A stretch of 61,357 nucleotides of DNA from the NCBI GenBank assembly GCA_034435075.1, contig DAOTYA010000245.1, positions 1-61,357 of the forward strand. The letters run 5' to 3'. The notes beneath the pieces are model-generated. The model saw only the letters and a list, made by a program, of their open reading frames with translations. It did no database searches and was not told where the DNA came from. The position numbers and the translations under genes were made by a program. The DNA is from Anaerolineae bacterium. Its GTDB lineage: Bacteria > Chloroflexota > Anaerolineae > B4-G1. The stretch's first letter is position 1. Each line of letters begins with the position of its first letter. Positions 27,964 to 36,971 of this stretch are shown in pieces.

Positions 27964-28876
27964 CCTGGATGCACTGGCTGCAGCACTCGGTCCATGCGTG
28001 CGCCGTGATGAGCCGCTTGCTCACTACACTTCCATGCGCATCGGCGGCCCGGCCGACCTTCTGCTCGTATGCGAGAGTGTGGAGGAACTGCTCCAGGCTA
28101 TTGCTCTGGCCGGGCGCTATGGCGTGGCCTGGCGATTGCTGGGCGGCGGCTGCAACGTGCTGATCTCTGACGCTGGGGTGGACGGCCTGGTCCTTATCAA
28201 CCGGGCGGCACGGATCAAACTTGACCCGAGCACCGGAACAGCCTGGGCTGAGGCGGGCGCCTTGCTCTCCACCCTGGCCAGGGAATCGGTCGGGCTGGGT
28301 CTGGCGGGGCTGGAGTGGGCGGTCGGGCTGCCGGGAAGTGTCGGCGGGGCAATCGTGGGCAATGCTGGCGCCTTCGGCGGCGACATCGCTGCCGTGCTGC
28401 GGAGTGCTACTGTCCTTGGACCGGATGGGAATATCGTGGAAAGAGATGCTGAGTGGTTCGAATTCGAATACCGCGGCAGCCGGATTAAAAAGGCAGCAGG
28501 AGGGGAAAAGTACGCAGTGTTGGCCGCACAGTTTGCCCTGCAACCGGGCGAGCCGGAGCGGCTGATGGCACGTGCCGAGGAGATCATAGAGTGGCGCAGG
28601 ACACGCCATCCGTCCGGTGCCACTATGGGCTCAACCTTTAAGAACCCCCCGAACAGCCATGCGGGCTATCTGATTGAGCTGGCGGGCCTGCGCGGATACC
28701 GTATCGGTGGGGCCAGGATTTCGGAGCTACATGGCAACTTCTTTATGAACACCGGCAACGCCACCGCACGGGATGTACTGGCGCTGATCGAGCACGCCAG
28801 AAACGAGGTTAAAAAACGCTTCGGCGTAGAGCTGGAACTGGAAATCGAGCTGCTCGGGCGGGAGGAAGAAGGATGA
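27947..28876 (+). CDS. murB: UDP-N-acetylenolpyruvoylglucosamine reductase
   Basis: 309 aa with an FAD-binding PCMH-type N-terminus ([10 protein letters not shown]) and [11 protein letters not shown] 27947 follows GGAGGAGGAG. Confidence 0.92.
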   Translation: MPLKRDLDALAAALGPCVRRDEPLAHYTSMRIGGPADLLLVCESVEELLQAIALAGRYGVAWRLLGGGCNVLISDAGVDGLVLINRAARIKLDPSTGTAWAEAGALLSTLARESVGLGLAGLEWAVGLPGSVGGAIVGNAGAFGGDIAAVLRSATVLGPDGNIVERDAEWFEFEYRGSRIKKAAGGEKYAVLAAQFALQPGEPERLMARAEEIIEWRRTRHPSGATMGSTFKNPPNSHAGYLIELAGLRGYRIGGARISELHGNFFMNTGNATARDVLALIEHARNEVKKRFGVELELEIELLGREEEG

Positions 28877-30015
28877 AGCGTAAACTCCGTGTCGGCGTCA
28901 TCTTCGGTGGACGCTCGGGGGAACACGAGGTCTCCCTCATCTCTGCCCGTTCGGTGATGAACGCGATGGACAGAGATAAATACGAGGTGATACCAATAGG
29001 AATCACCAGAGATGGACGATGGATCGCCTCGGGAGATCCGATGAAGGCACTGATGGCCGGCGACAATGCCGCGAGCGCTCCCGCGCTACTGCCAGGTGAC
29101 CCTTCCTGGCGCAGCCTGATGCGGCTTGAAGAACGGGGGCAGGCGCTGGAGGCCACACATCTGGCAGAACTGGATGTGGTCTTCCCCGTCCTCCACGGCC
29201 CCTATGGCGAGGACGGGACGGTGCAGGGACTTTTGGAACTGGCCGGCATCCCTTATGTGGGAGCCGGTGTGACCGCTTCGAGCCTGGGGATGGATAAGGC
29301 CATCTTCAAGGACTTAATGCGGGCCTGTGACCTGCCGGTCGTGGAGTACATGTTGATCAAACGCAAGGAATGGGATCGTGACCCTGAGGGCGTGCTTGCT
29401 GCGATCGAGGCACGCTTTGATTACCCCGTGTTCACCAAACCGGCCAACCTGGGCTCCAGCGTGGGGGTCAGCAAGTGCCACGACCGGGCCGGGCTGGCTG
29501 CCGGCCTGAAAGAAGCAGCGCGCTACGACCGCAAATTGCTCGTTGAGAGGGCCGTGCCGGCCGCGCGCGAGATTGAGGTCAGCGTTCTTGGCAACGACGA
29601 TCCCATTGCCTCACTGCCGGGTGAGATCGTCCCCAGCCGTGAGTTCTACAGCTACCAGGCCAAGTATCTCGACGAGGGCGAGCAGGCCTCGAAGCTCCTG
29701 ATCCCCGCTCCCATCTCGCCGGAGCTGACGGAGCGAGTGCGCGATCTGGCGGTGCGCGCCTACAAAGCGATTGACTGTGCCGGCATGGCGCGGGCTGACT
29801 TTCTGCTCTCGGGCGCGACAGGGGAGCTTTACATCAACGAGTTGAACACCATTCCCGGCTTCACTGCCATCAGCATGTACCCCAAGCTATGGGAAGCCAG
29901 CGGTATCCCTTACCCGGAGCTGATAGATCGGCTGATCGAGCTGGCTATCGAGCGCTACCAGGACAGGGAGCGCTCGGAGACCTCATATCGCCCTGACGTT
30001 TCTGCCGCTGATTGA
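28873..30015 (+). CDS. ddl: D-alanine--D-alanine ligase
   Basis: ATP-grasp protein with [22 protein letters not shown] and [10 protein letters not shown] motifs. ATGA overlap with murB. Confidence 0.94.
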   Translation: MKRKLRVGVIFGGRSGEHEVSLISARSVMNAMDRDKYEVIPIGITRDGRWIASGDPMKALMAGDNAASAPALLPGDPSWRSLMRLEERGQALEATHLAELDVVFPVLHGPYGEDGTVQGLLELAGIPYVGAGVTASSLGMDKAIFKDLMRACDLPVVEYMLIKRKEWDRDPEGVLAAIEARFDYPVFTKPANLGSSVGVSKCHDRAGLAAGLKEAARYDRKLLVERAVPAAREIEVSVLGNDDPIASLPGEIVPSREFYSYQAKYLDEGEQASKLLIPAPISPELTERVRDLAVRAYKAIDCAGMARADFLLSGATGELYINELNTIPGFTAISMYPKLWEASGIPYPELIDRLIELAIERYQDRERSETSYRPDVSAAD

Positions 30016-30024
30016 CACCACATT

Positions 30025-30843
30025 ATGGAGTCAGGAATGCCGGTGAGAAAAAGCAAAGTGCGCAGGCGAAGGTACAGAAAGTTTGAGTCTGTGGGCACAC
30101 TCATCCTGGGAGAGGTCTCTGCGAAAGCTCGCACCTCATCGTCCGCCCTGCGCCCGGCTCTGCTACTTATGGCGGGCATCGTGGCTGCACTGGCTGTGTG
30201 GATGGGGGTGGATGACCGTTTCTACATCCGCAGCGCTGATGTACAGGGGGCCAGGCGCACCCTGCCCGCAGAGATCTTCCGTGCCAGCGGCCTGCGGGGA
30301 CTGCACCTGCTGTGGGTACGTCCGGCCAGAGCCGAGCAACATATCCTCAGCAGCCTGCCCACCCTGGAGAGCACCAGGGTGAAGTGCAGGCTCCGCCTGC
30401 CGGCGGAGTGTACCATCCTGGTCAGGGAGCGGCAGCCAAAAGTGGCGTGGAACGAGGGCCATATGGTGTGGTGGCTGGATGCTGAAGGGGTGATCTTTAC
30501 CCCTTCGCCGACGGGCGGTGAAGAGGTCATGTGGACGGTAAGCGGCCCATTGCCCAGGGACAGGGACGGCCGCCTGCTCGAGAGCGTGCGCGTGGCACTA
30601 AACGAACTATGGGCGAGCGGAGCGGAGTTGCCAGCAGCGTTCGACTACGTGCCGGGCCGGGGGCTGACATTCATCAACCCACAGGGCTGGCGTGTCATCA
30701 TCGGTGAGGGAACGGGGATGGAAAAAAGGCTCGCGGTGCTGAAGTGCCTGACAGCCTACCTGGAAGAGCGGGGCCTGTCACCGCGCTTTGTGGACGTGCG
30801 CTTTCCTGAGACGCCGTACTATTCGCTGGTCAATGACTGGTAA
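30025..30843 (+). CDS. ftsQ: Cell division protein FtsQ (POTRA domain)
   Basis: 272 aa with a basic N-terminus, one TM helix and a POTRA-like segment, in the canonical position before ftsA. Confidence 0.85.
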   Translation: MESGMPVRKSKVRRRRYRKFESVGTLILGEVSAKARTSSSALRPALLLMAGIVAALAVWMGVDDRFYIRSADVQGARRTLPAEIFRASGLRGLHLLWVRPARAEQHILSSLPTLESTRVKCRLRLPAECTILVRERQPKVAWNEGHMVWWLDAEGVIFTPSPTGGEEVMWTVSGPLPRDRDGRLLESVRVALNELWASGAELPAAFDYVPGRGLTFINPQGWRVIIGEGTGMEKRLAVLKCLTAYLEERGLSPRFVDVRFPETPYYSLVNDW

Positions 30844-30844
30844 G

Positions 30845-30923
30845 ACGGAATACGGAATACGCAATACGGAGTACGCATACGCACCCGCCTCCCGTATTCC
30901 GTATCCCGTATTCCGTAGTCCGT
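30845..30923. repeat. Inverted arrays of degenerate heptamers (ACGGAAT-type) forming a ~31-bp-stem hairpin
   Basis: The left arm 30845-30875 (ACGGAATACGGAATACGCAATACGGAGTACG) pairs 27/31 with the right arm 30893-30923 (CGTATTCCGTATCCCGTATTCCGTAGTCCGT), leaving a 17-nt loop. Confidence 0.9.
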
Positions 30924-30943
30924 AACGCACAGATGAGGGCTCC

Positions 30944-32161
30944 GTGGAACGCACCATCGTCGGCATAGATGTAGGCAGCAGCAAAATATGCACCCTGGTG
31001 GGTGAGATCGGTGGGGATGGCAACACCCGCATCGTCGGCGTGGGTTTGGTGCCGGCACGAGGCATCCGGCGGGGGGCGGTGGTCAACGTCGCCGAAGCAA
31101 CCACCGCCATCGCCGCATCGGTGGACCTGGCCGAACGCACCTCCGGCTACAAAGTCGAGCGGGCTTATGTAGGGCTGAGCGGCACGCACATCTCCTCTAT
31201 GAACAGCCGCGGTGTGGTGGGCATCTCCCGACGTGAGCATGGCATTACACCAGATGATGTGGAGCGCGTGCTCGACGCTGCGCATGCCATCGCCATCCCT
31301 CATAATCAGGAGATCGTGCACGTCATTCCGCGCGGCTACATCGTGGACGGGCAGAGCGGCGTGCGCGACCCGGTGGGTATGCACGGCTTTCGTCTCGAAG
31401 TGGAGGCCCATATTGTGCTCGCCTCCGGCACCGCCATCCAAAACCTGGTGAAGTGTGTGGAGAGCACCGGTGTAGAGGTGGACCGGCTGGTGCTGGCAAG
31501 CATCGCTGCCGCCGATGGCGTGTTGATGGACAACGAACGCGAAATGGGAGTGGTCCTGGCCGACATCGGCGCCGGCACAACCGACATGGCGATCTTTATT
31601 GACGGCACTGTGTGGCACACAGTCACGTTAGGAGTGGGCGGCGAGCACATTACCAAAGACATAGCCATCTGCCTGCGCCTTCCTCCTGATGTGGCCGAAC
31701 AGGTCAAGATCGAGTACGGACATGCCAATGCCGTACAGGTCCCTCACGACGAACGTTTCACCGTCTCCGGCATAGGAGGGGAAGGTCGCCAGGCGATCAT
31801 GCGCTGGCAACTGGCGGAAATCATCCAGGCACGGGTGGAGGAGATTTTCTCGATGATTCAACAGGAGATCAAACGCTCCGGATACGATGGCCTGTTGCCG
31901 GCAGGACTGGTGCTCTGTGGAGGGACAGCCCAGTTGCCGGGCATCCAGGAAGTGGGGCGAGAGATACTCGGCCTGCCGGTGCGCGTTGGCTCGCCTCGCT
32001 CCATCTATGGACTTGTGGACCGGATTTCCAACCCGGCCCACGCTGTAGGCACCGGGTTGATGAGCTGGGGGTTGATGAGGGAACCGATCCCTCGCTCACG
32101 CAGGTCGGGATCGGACACGGGCAGCCGCCTGCTTAACTGGCTGCGCGTTTTCCTTCCTTAG
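30944..32161 (+). CDS. ftsA: Cell division protein FtsA
   Basis: Actin-like ATPase with IVGIDVGSSKI and DIGAGTTD. GTG 30944 follows GAGGG. Confidence 0.93.
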   Translation: MERTIVGIDVGSSKICTLVGEIGGDGNTRIVGVGLVPARGIRRGAVVNVAEATTAIAASVDLAERTSGYKVERAYVGLSGTHISSMNSRGVVGISRREHGITPDDVERVLDAAHAIAIPHNQEIVHVIPRGYIVDGQSGVRDPVGMHGFRLEVEAHIVLASGTAIQNLVKCVESTGVEVDRLVLASIAAADGVLMDNEREMGVVLADIGAGTTDMAIFIDGTVWHTVTLGVGGEHITKDIAICLRLPPDVAEQVKIEYGHANAVQVPHDERFTVSGIGGEGRQAIMRWQLAEIIQARVEEIFSMIQQEIKRSGYDGLLPAGLVLCGGTAQLPGIQEVGREILGLPVRVGSPRSIYGLVDRISNPAHAVGTGLMSWGLMREPIPRSRRSGSDTGSRLLNWLRVFLP

Positions 32162-32214
32162 AACCTGTCCGAATAAGCGGCATCCCTATGCCGCTTATAC
32201 CGACGCATAGGGGA
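32157..32214. repeat. Family A repeat, truncated copy
   Basis: CTTAGAACCTGTCCGAATAAGCGGCATCCCTATGCCGCTTATACCGACGCATAGGGGA. The ftsA TAG stop (32159-32161) lies inside the element terminus. Confidence 0.85.
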
Positions 32215-32273
32215 GCAGTGGGCGCAGCGCGTTGTGCCCCTACTCGAGGTGCCTGCGCGCGGCATTAGTGGTA

Positions 32274-32303
32274 TTGAGCTTATGTATCATCATCGTGTAT
32301 AAG
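32274..32303 (+). promoter_or_regulatory. Candidate internal promoter for ftsZ
   Basis: TTGAGC (32274-32279), N18, TATAAG (32298-32303), 49 nt upstream of the ftsZ ATG. Confidence 0.3.
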
Positions 32304-32351
32304 TGCCAGCAGTTGCGTACTCTGGCGTAATCTGAGCAAGGAGGCAATAAT

Positions 32352-33431
32352 ATGGATAAGACATCTTACGAAGAAAGTTTTGCTCATATCAGGGTCGTGG
32401 GCGTGGGCGGTGGCGGCTGTAACGCCATCAACCGTATGATCGCCGAGGGGCTGAGCGGCGTTGACTTCATCGCGGTCAACACCGACGCCCAGGCGCTTAT
32501 GCTCTCCAATGCACCCACACGGGTACGCATCGGAGATAAGCTGACACGCGGCCTGGGCGTGGGAGGGAAGGCCGATCTGGGCGCCAAGGCAGCGGAGGAA
32601 TCCGCAGACGAGCTTTACGAGGTGCTCAAAGGCTCGGATATGGTCTTCATCACCGCCGGCATGGGGGGCGGTACGGGCACCGGCGCCTCCCCGGTTATCG
32701 CGCGCATCTCCAAGGAGATCGGAGCGCTCACCATCGGCGTGGTCACCCGCCCGTTCAGTTGGGAGGGCGCCGTGCGCACCGAGACGGCGCTGGCCGGCAT
32801 CGAACAGCTCAAAGCGGCCGTGGACACCCTCATTGTGATCCCTAACGACCGGTTGCTGGAGATCACCGACAAGCGCGTCAGCCTTCAGGCAGCCTTCTCG
32901 ATGGCCGACGACGTACTGCGTCAGGGAGTTCAGGGCATCTCAGAGCTGATCACCGTTCCCGGGCTGATTAACCTGGACTTCGCCGATGTGCGCACGATCA
33001 TGTCCGAGGGTGGAGCGGCGTTGATGGCGGTCGGGCGCGCCAGCGGGGAAAACCGCGCCGTCGAGGCGGTGCAGCAGGCCATCTCCAGCCGCCTGCTCGA
33101 TATTACGATTGACGGAGCACGTGGCATCCTCTTCAACGTCACCGGTGGGCCGAGCCTGAGCCTGTACGAGGTGAACGAGGCAGCCTCGATCATTAAACAG
33201 ACTGCTCATCCGGACGTTAACCTCATCTTCGGGGCTGTCATTGATGAGAAAATGGGGGACGAGATCCGCATCATTGTCATTGCCACGGGCTTCGTGCAGG
33301 CAGAAAGCCGCTCCCGCCCGGTCCAGACGCGCACGACGGCTGCCGCCAGTGAGCCGATACGGATGCCGGTGGTCGCCTCGTTCGATAAAGACGACCTGGA
33401 AATCCCGCCATTCCTGCGCCGTCGGAGTTAG
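32352..33431 (+). CDS. ftsZ: Cell division GTPase FtsZ
   Basis: [13 protein letters not shown] and the tubulin signature [19 protein letters not shown] lies 7 nt upstream. Confidence 0.97.
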   Translation: MDKTSYEESFAHIRVVGVGGGGCNAINRMIAEGLSGVDFIAVNTDAQALMLSNAPTRVRIGDKLTRGLGVGGKADLGAKAAEESADELYEVLKGSDMVFITAGMGGGTGTGASPVIARISKEIGALTIGVVTRPFSWEGAVRTETALAGIEQLKAAVDTLIVIPNDRLLEITDKRVSLQAAFSMADDVLRQGVQGISELITVPGLINLDFADVRTIMSEGGAALMAVGRASGENRAVEAVQQAISSRLLDITIDGARGILFNVTGGPSLSLYEVNEAASIIKQTAHPDVNLIFGAVIDEKMGDEIRIIVIATGFVQAESRSRPVQTRTTAAASEPIRMPVVASFDKDDLEIPPFLRRRS

Positions 33432-33460
33432 GAGTAGAGGCTGCAAGAGGGCGGGTAAAT

Positions 33461-33784
33461 ATGGCAAACTATATCCAGGTCATCACGACGGTCGAGAAGC
33501 AGGCCGATGGCCTGGCTCTGGCCCGGCTGCTTGTCGAAAGACGTCTGGCCAGCTGTGTCCAGGTCATCGGCCCGATCACCAGCATCTACCGGTGGCGGGG
33601 GGCAGTTGAGACGGCCGGAGAGTGGCTGTGTCTGATCAAAACCCGCGAGGACCTTTATGAGGCACTGGAAGCTGCCGTAAGAGAGGCCCATCCATACGAG
33701 GTGCCGGAACTGCTGGCTCTCCCCGTGGTGAAAGGGAGCAAAGACTACCTGGAATGGCTGGATGATGCTCTCAAACGGCAGTAG
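33461..33784 (+). CDS. cutA: Divalent-cation tolerance protein CutA
   Basis: 107 aa with the CutA1 pattern ...ASCVQVIGPITSIYRWRG...HPYEVPE... Confidence 0.88.
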   Translation: MANYIQVITTVEKQADGLALARLLVERRLASCVQVIGPITSIYRWRGAVETAGEWLCLIKTREDLYEALEAAVREAHPYEVPELLALPVVKGSKDYLEWLDDALKRQ

Positions 33785-35171
33785 AGGAGCCTGCCGCCAG
33801 TGCGTAAGCGATCTGATTGTGTCGCACAATCAGCGGCTCCAGCTCTATTGTTGTAATTTGTCCTTCTTCCACGACCACCCGGCCGTTAATCACGGAGAGG
33901 TCAACCCGCTGAGGAGAGCAGAAGACGAGGGCAGCCAGTGGATCATGCAATGCCCCGGCGTAATCCAGCCGCTCCAGTCGGAAGCCAATGAAATCGGCGA
34001 CCTTGCCCGGGGCAAGCTGGCCGATGTCGTCGCGTCCCAGCACTGCTGCCCCGCCTCGCGTTGCCAGCCACAGCGCCTCGCGTGCGCTCAGGCCGGGCAT
34101 CCTGTGCTCCTGGTCCTCAGCAGAGTGCAGTGCTGCACTGACCCTCTGCAATAGCAGCGCCATACGCACCTCGGCCAGCATATGGGACGAGTCGTTGCTG
34201 GCTGAGCCGTCCACCCCTAACCCCACTTTTACCCCAGCGTCGAGATAAGCCCTGACCGGCGCAATGCCGGAGGCCAGCCGCATATTGGAACTGGGGCAGT
34301 GGCACACCCCGGTCCCTGTGCGGGCGAACAGCGCCACTTCGGCGCTATTCAAATGAACACAGTGGGCATGCCACACATCATCGCCCACCCATCCCAGCTC
34401 TTCCGCATATTCGACCGGACGACGGCCGAAGCACTCCAGACAAAAACGTTCCTCGTCTGATGTCTCAGCCAGGTGGGTGTGCAGACGTACACCATAGGAG
34501 CGAGCGAGCATCGCCGCTTCCCGCATCAGGTGCGGGGTGACGGAGAAGGGTGAGCATGGTGCAATGCCGATGCGCACCATCGCGCCGGGCGACGGATCGT
34601 GATAGGTTTCAATGGCCCGCCTCATCTCGCGCAGGATAGACTCCTCGTCCTCAACGAGACGGTCCGGCGGCAGCCCTCCCTGACTTTCCCCCAGGCTCAT
34701 CGCGCCCCGGCAGGCGTGAAAGCGGATGCCGATCTCCTGAGCAGCACGGATCTCATCGTCAATGCGGCAGTCGTTGGGGTAGATGTAGAGATGATCCGAT
34801 GTGGTGGTACAACCGGAGAGCAGCAATTCCGCCAATCCCACCATCGCGCTGACGTATATGGCCTCGCTGGTCAGTCCGGCCCATATCGGATACAGCGTTT
34901 TGAGCCATTGGAAGAGGGGGACGTCCTGAGCCGCAGGTAAGGTTCGCGTCAAAGTCTGGTAGAGGTGGTGGTGAGTGTTGACCAGCCCCGGCACAACGAT
35001 CATACCACGCGCGTCTATGACACAGTCGGCACTGGGTGGGAGGTCGGCACTCGCGCCCACCTGTTCGATCACGTTGTCGCGCACAAACAATCCGCCGTCC
35101 CTGATGCAGCGTTCTCCCATGCCTTCCATTGTCACCAACAGGTCGGCGTGCTTAACCAGGAGGGTGGGCAT
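33771..35171 (-). CDS. Amidohydrolase-superfamily deaminase (8-oxoguanine deaminase / chlorohydrolase-like)
   Basis: The metal-binding motif GLVNTHHHLYQTLTR is typical of this subgroup. ATG 35171 (MPTLLVKHADLL) follows GGAGGA. The 3' end overlaps cutA convergently by 14 nt. Confidence 0.85.
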   Translation of the reverse strand: MPTLLVKHADLLVTMEGMGERCIRDGGLFVRDNVIEQVGASADLPPSADCVIDARGMIVVPGLVNTHHHLYQTLTRTLPAAQDVPLFQWLKTLYPIWAGLTSEAIYVSAMVGLAELLLSGCTTTSDHLYIYPNDCRIDDEIRAAQEIGIRFHACRGAMSLGESQGGLPPDRLVEDEESILREMRRAIETYHDPSPGAMVRIGIAPCSPFSVTPHLMREAAMLARSYGVRLHTHLAETSDEERFCLECFGRRPVEYAEELGWVGDDVWHAHCVHLNSAEVALFARTGTGVCHCPSSNMRLASGIAPVRAYLDAGVKVGLGVDGSASNDSSHMLAEVRMALLLQRVSAALHSAEDQEHRMPGLSAREALWLATRGGAAVLGRDDIGQLAPGKVADFIGFRLERLDYAGALHDPLAALVFCSPQRVDLSVINGRVVVEEGQITTIELEPLIVRHNQIAYALAAGSSTAV

Positions 35172-35193
35172 AAAATTCCTCCACCACCACACC

Positions 35194-35225
35194 AGGTGAC
35201 AGTCACCTGAAGGTGACTGTCACCT
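35194..35225. repeat. Perfect 15-bp inverted repeat AGGTGACAGTCACCT-ga-AGGTGACTGTCACCT
   Basis: Read directly. Each half is itself a GGTGAC-n-GTCACC palindrome, and the GTGAC...GTCAC motif is also the leading hairpin of Family C modules. It lies between the ssb stop and the amidohydrolase start. Confidence 0.9.
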
Positions 35226-35242
35226 GTTTGGGGGTTAGGGGT

Positions 35243-35686
35243 TTAGAAGGGGATTTCGTTTGCGGCGATGTCAGGCGGTGCTTCCTCCTCTGCCGGCAAC
35301 ACCTCGGGCGCCTCAGCTCCCCGTGCGCCGATGAAGCGCACAGTCAGCGCAGTCACGTCAAAGCGGGCACGCGGCTGCCCGTCCTGTCCCTGCCAGACAT
35401 GAGGCACGATTTGCTCTGAGTTACCGGTACCTGGCATACGGTCACCCCCGATGCGCCCCTCGATCAGCACGGGCCTTCCCTTAGTCAGATACTGATTGCA
35501 CAGCTCCCCCTGTTTGCCCCAGACGGTGACATTCCACCACACCGTCTCATCCCGCTGCTGGCCGTCGCTATCTGTCCACCTGCGGCTGGTGGCTACGGAA
35601 AAGGTGGTGACCGGCTGTCCTGAAGGCGTGTATCTCATCTCGGGGTCGCGGCCCAGGTGCCCGACCAGGATAATTTTGTGGTACAT
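35243..35686 (-). CDS. ssb: Single-stranded DNA-binding protein
   Basis: Begins MYHKIILVGHLGRDPEMRYTPSG (OB fold) after AGGAG and ends in the acidic tip NEIPF. Confidence 0.93.
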   Translation of the reverse strand: MYHKIILVGHLGRDPEMRYTPSGQPVTTFSVATSRRWTDSDGQQRDETVWWNVTVWGKQGELCNQYLTKGRPVLIEGRIGGDRMPGTGNSEQIVPHVWQGQDGQPRARFDVTALTVRFIGARGAEAPEVLPAEEEAPPDIAANEIPF

Positions 35687-35831
35687 AACTCTCCTTTCTT
35701 GGTTTGGACTCGCGGTTTGGAACAGGCGTGCATATATTACTCTAAAATTCTGCAAAGGGCAACTGTCCCATTAGTGTGCCCAATCTGCTCACAGGAGCAG
35801 GGCCGGTGCGCCGGGTTTCTCCGCCAGGCTG

Positions 35832-36305
35832 TCAGGGCTGGCGTCTGGCCTCGTGCCTTTCGCGCTCGGCCTGAATGGTGCGAATGCCGTTCTCGATGAC
35901 CGTAAGCGCCCGCTTCAGTTCCTGCTCCAGATTGCAGAGCACTTCAAAGGCATACTCATCGGCGCCGATCTTTATTTTTTCGGCCTCGAGTTCGGCCTGC
36001 CGGCGGATCGCTGCGGCCCTTTCCTCTGCTGCGCGCGTGATGGAGTGTTCAGCCACCAGTTGAGCGGCTTCGCTACGAGCCAGGGAGATGATGCGCTCGG
36101 CCTCTTCCTGGGTCTGGGCCATTGTGCGCTCCCGCTCGCGGACGACCCGCTCAGCCCGCCGCACCTCTTCTGGTACGGAGATGCGCATCTGGTCAATCAG
36201 AGGCCAGATACGCCTCTCGTCCACCAGGCGCAGTCCCTTGAAGGGCAGGCGGGTGCTCTCCTTGATCACTTCTTCCAGGCGGTCCACCAGGTGCAAAATG
36301 TCCAT
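35832..36305 (-). CDS. Coiled-coil protein of unknown function (Glu/Arg/Ala-rich helix)
   Basis: 157 aa from ATG 36305 (MDILHLVDRLEE...). The longer ORF-track start at 36371 translates a Family A repeat. Confidence 0.65.
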   Translation of the reverse strand: MDILHLVDRLEEVIKESTRLPFKGLRLVDERRIWPLIDQMRISVPEEVRRAERVVRERERTMAQTQEEAERIISLARSEAAQLVAEHSITRAAEERAAAIRRQAELEAEKIKIGADEYAFEVLCNLEQELKRALTVIENGIRTIQAERERHEARRQP

Positions 36306-36324
36306 GTTGGCCTCCGGTGTTTGG

Positions 36325-36409
36325 TGCTTATCCGGAAAACGTAACCGACGCATCCCTATGTGTCGGTACAAGCGGCATAGGAATGCACGGTTTTTCGGAC
36401 AGGCTCTTA
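36325..36409. repeat. Family A repeat, full copy (degenerate)
   Basis: GTGCTTATCCGGAAAACGTAACCGACGCATCCCTATGTGTCGGTACAAGCGGCATAGGAATGCACGGTTTTTCGGACAGGCTCTTAA. The coaD TAA stop (36407-36409) forms the element terminus. Confidence 0.9.
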
Positions 36410-36934
36410 ATCTCGCAGCGAGACAAGCGGCGTCGGCTCGCGGTTTTTTTCCAGCTCAAGCAGTTTGGCCTGCAGCGCAGAAGCAACGTGAGATGGTACC
36501 ATCCTGCTCACATCTCCCCTGAGCAGTGCTATTTCCTTGACGATGCTGGCGCTGAGGAAGGCGTGGGATTGGCGCGTCATCAGGCAGACGAATTCGATCT
36601 CGGGCGCGAGCTGGCGGTTGGTGAGTGCCATCTGGTACTCAAGCTCGAAATCTGAGATGACCCGCAGCCCGCGCACTATGGCACGGGCGCCGACCTGCCG
36701 CGCAAACTCGACCGTCAGCCCGCTATAAGGAGCGACGCGCACGTTGGGGAGGTCGGCCAGCGCCTGGCGTGCCAGCGCCACACGTTCCTCTACAGTGAAG
36801 AGCAGGTTTTTCGCCGGACGGTCGTACACGGCCACGATCAGGGTATCGAAGATTTGGGCCGCACGGGTGGCGATATCTACATGGCCAAAGTGGATGGGAT
36901 CGAATGTGCCGGGATAGATAGCTGTGTAGGCCAA
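36407..36934 (-). CDS. coaD: Phosphopantetheine adenylyltransferase
   Basis: AIYPGTFDPIHFGHVD nucleotidyltransferase motif; 175 aa. Confidence 0.94.
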   Translation of the reverse strand: MAYTAIYPGTFDPIHFGHVDIATRAAQIFDTLIVAVYDRPAKNLLFTVEERVALARQALADLPNVRVAPYSGLTVEFARQVGARAIVRGLRVISDFELEYQMALTNRQLAPEIEFVCLMTRQSHAFLSASIVKEIALLRGDVSRMVPSHVASALQAKLLELEKNREPTPLVSLRD

Positions 36935-36971
36935 CTGTGCTCTCCTCTCCTCAGATGACGCTTACCTCGAT

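Noticed and set aside
28453-28470. A GGTTCGAATTCGAATACC string resembling a tRNA T-arm.
   Set aside because: It lies inside murB (encoding ...WFEFEYR...) with no acceptor, D or anticodon stems around it. No tRNA-like cloverleaf was found anywhere in the window.
35690-35760. A possible sigma-70 promoter for ssb (TTGCAG ... TATATG on the minus strand).
   Set aside because: The spacing between the candidate -35 and -10 hexamers is only about 10-13 nt, which is too short to support the call.
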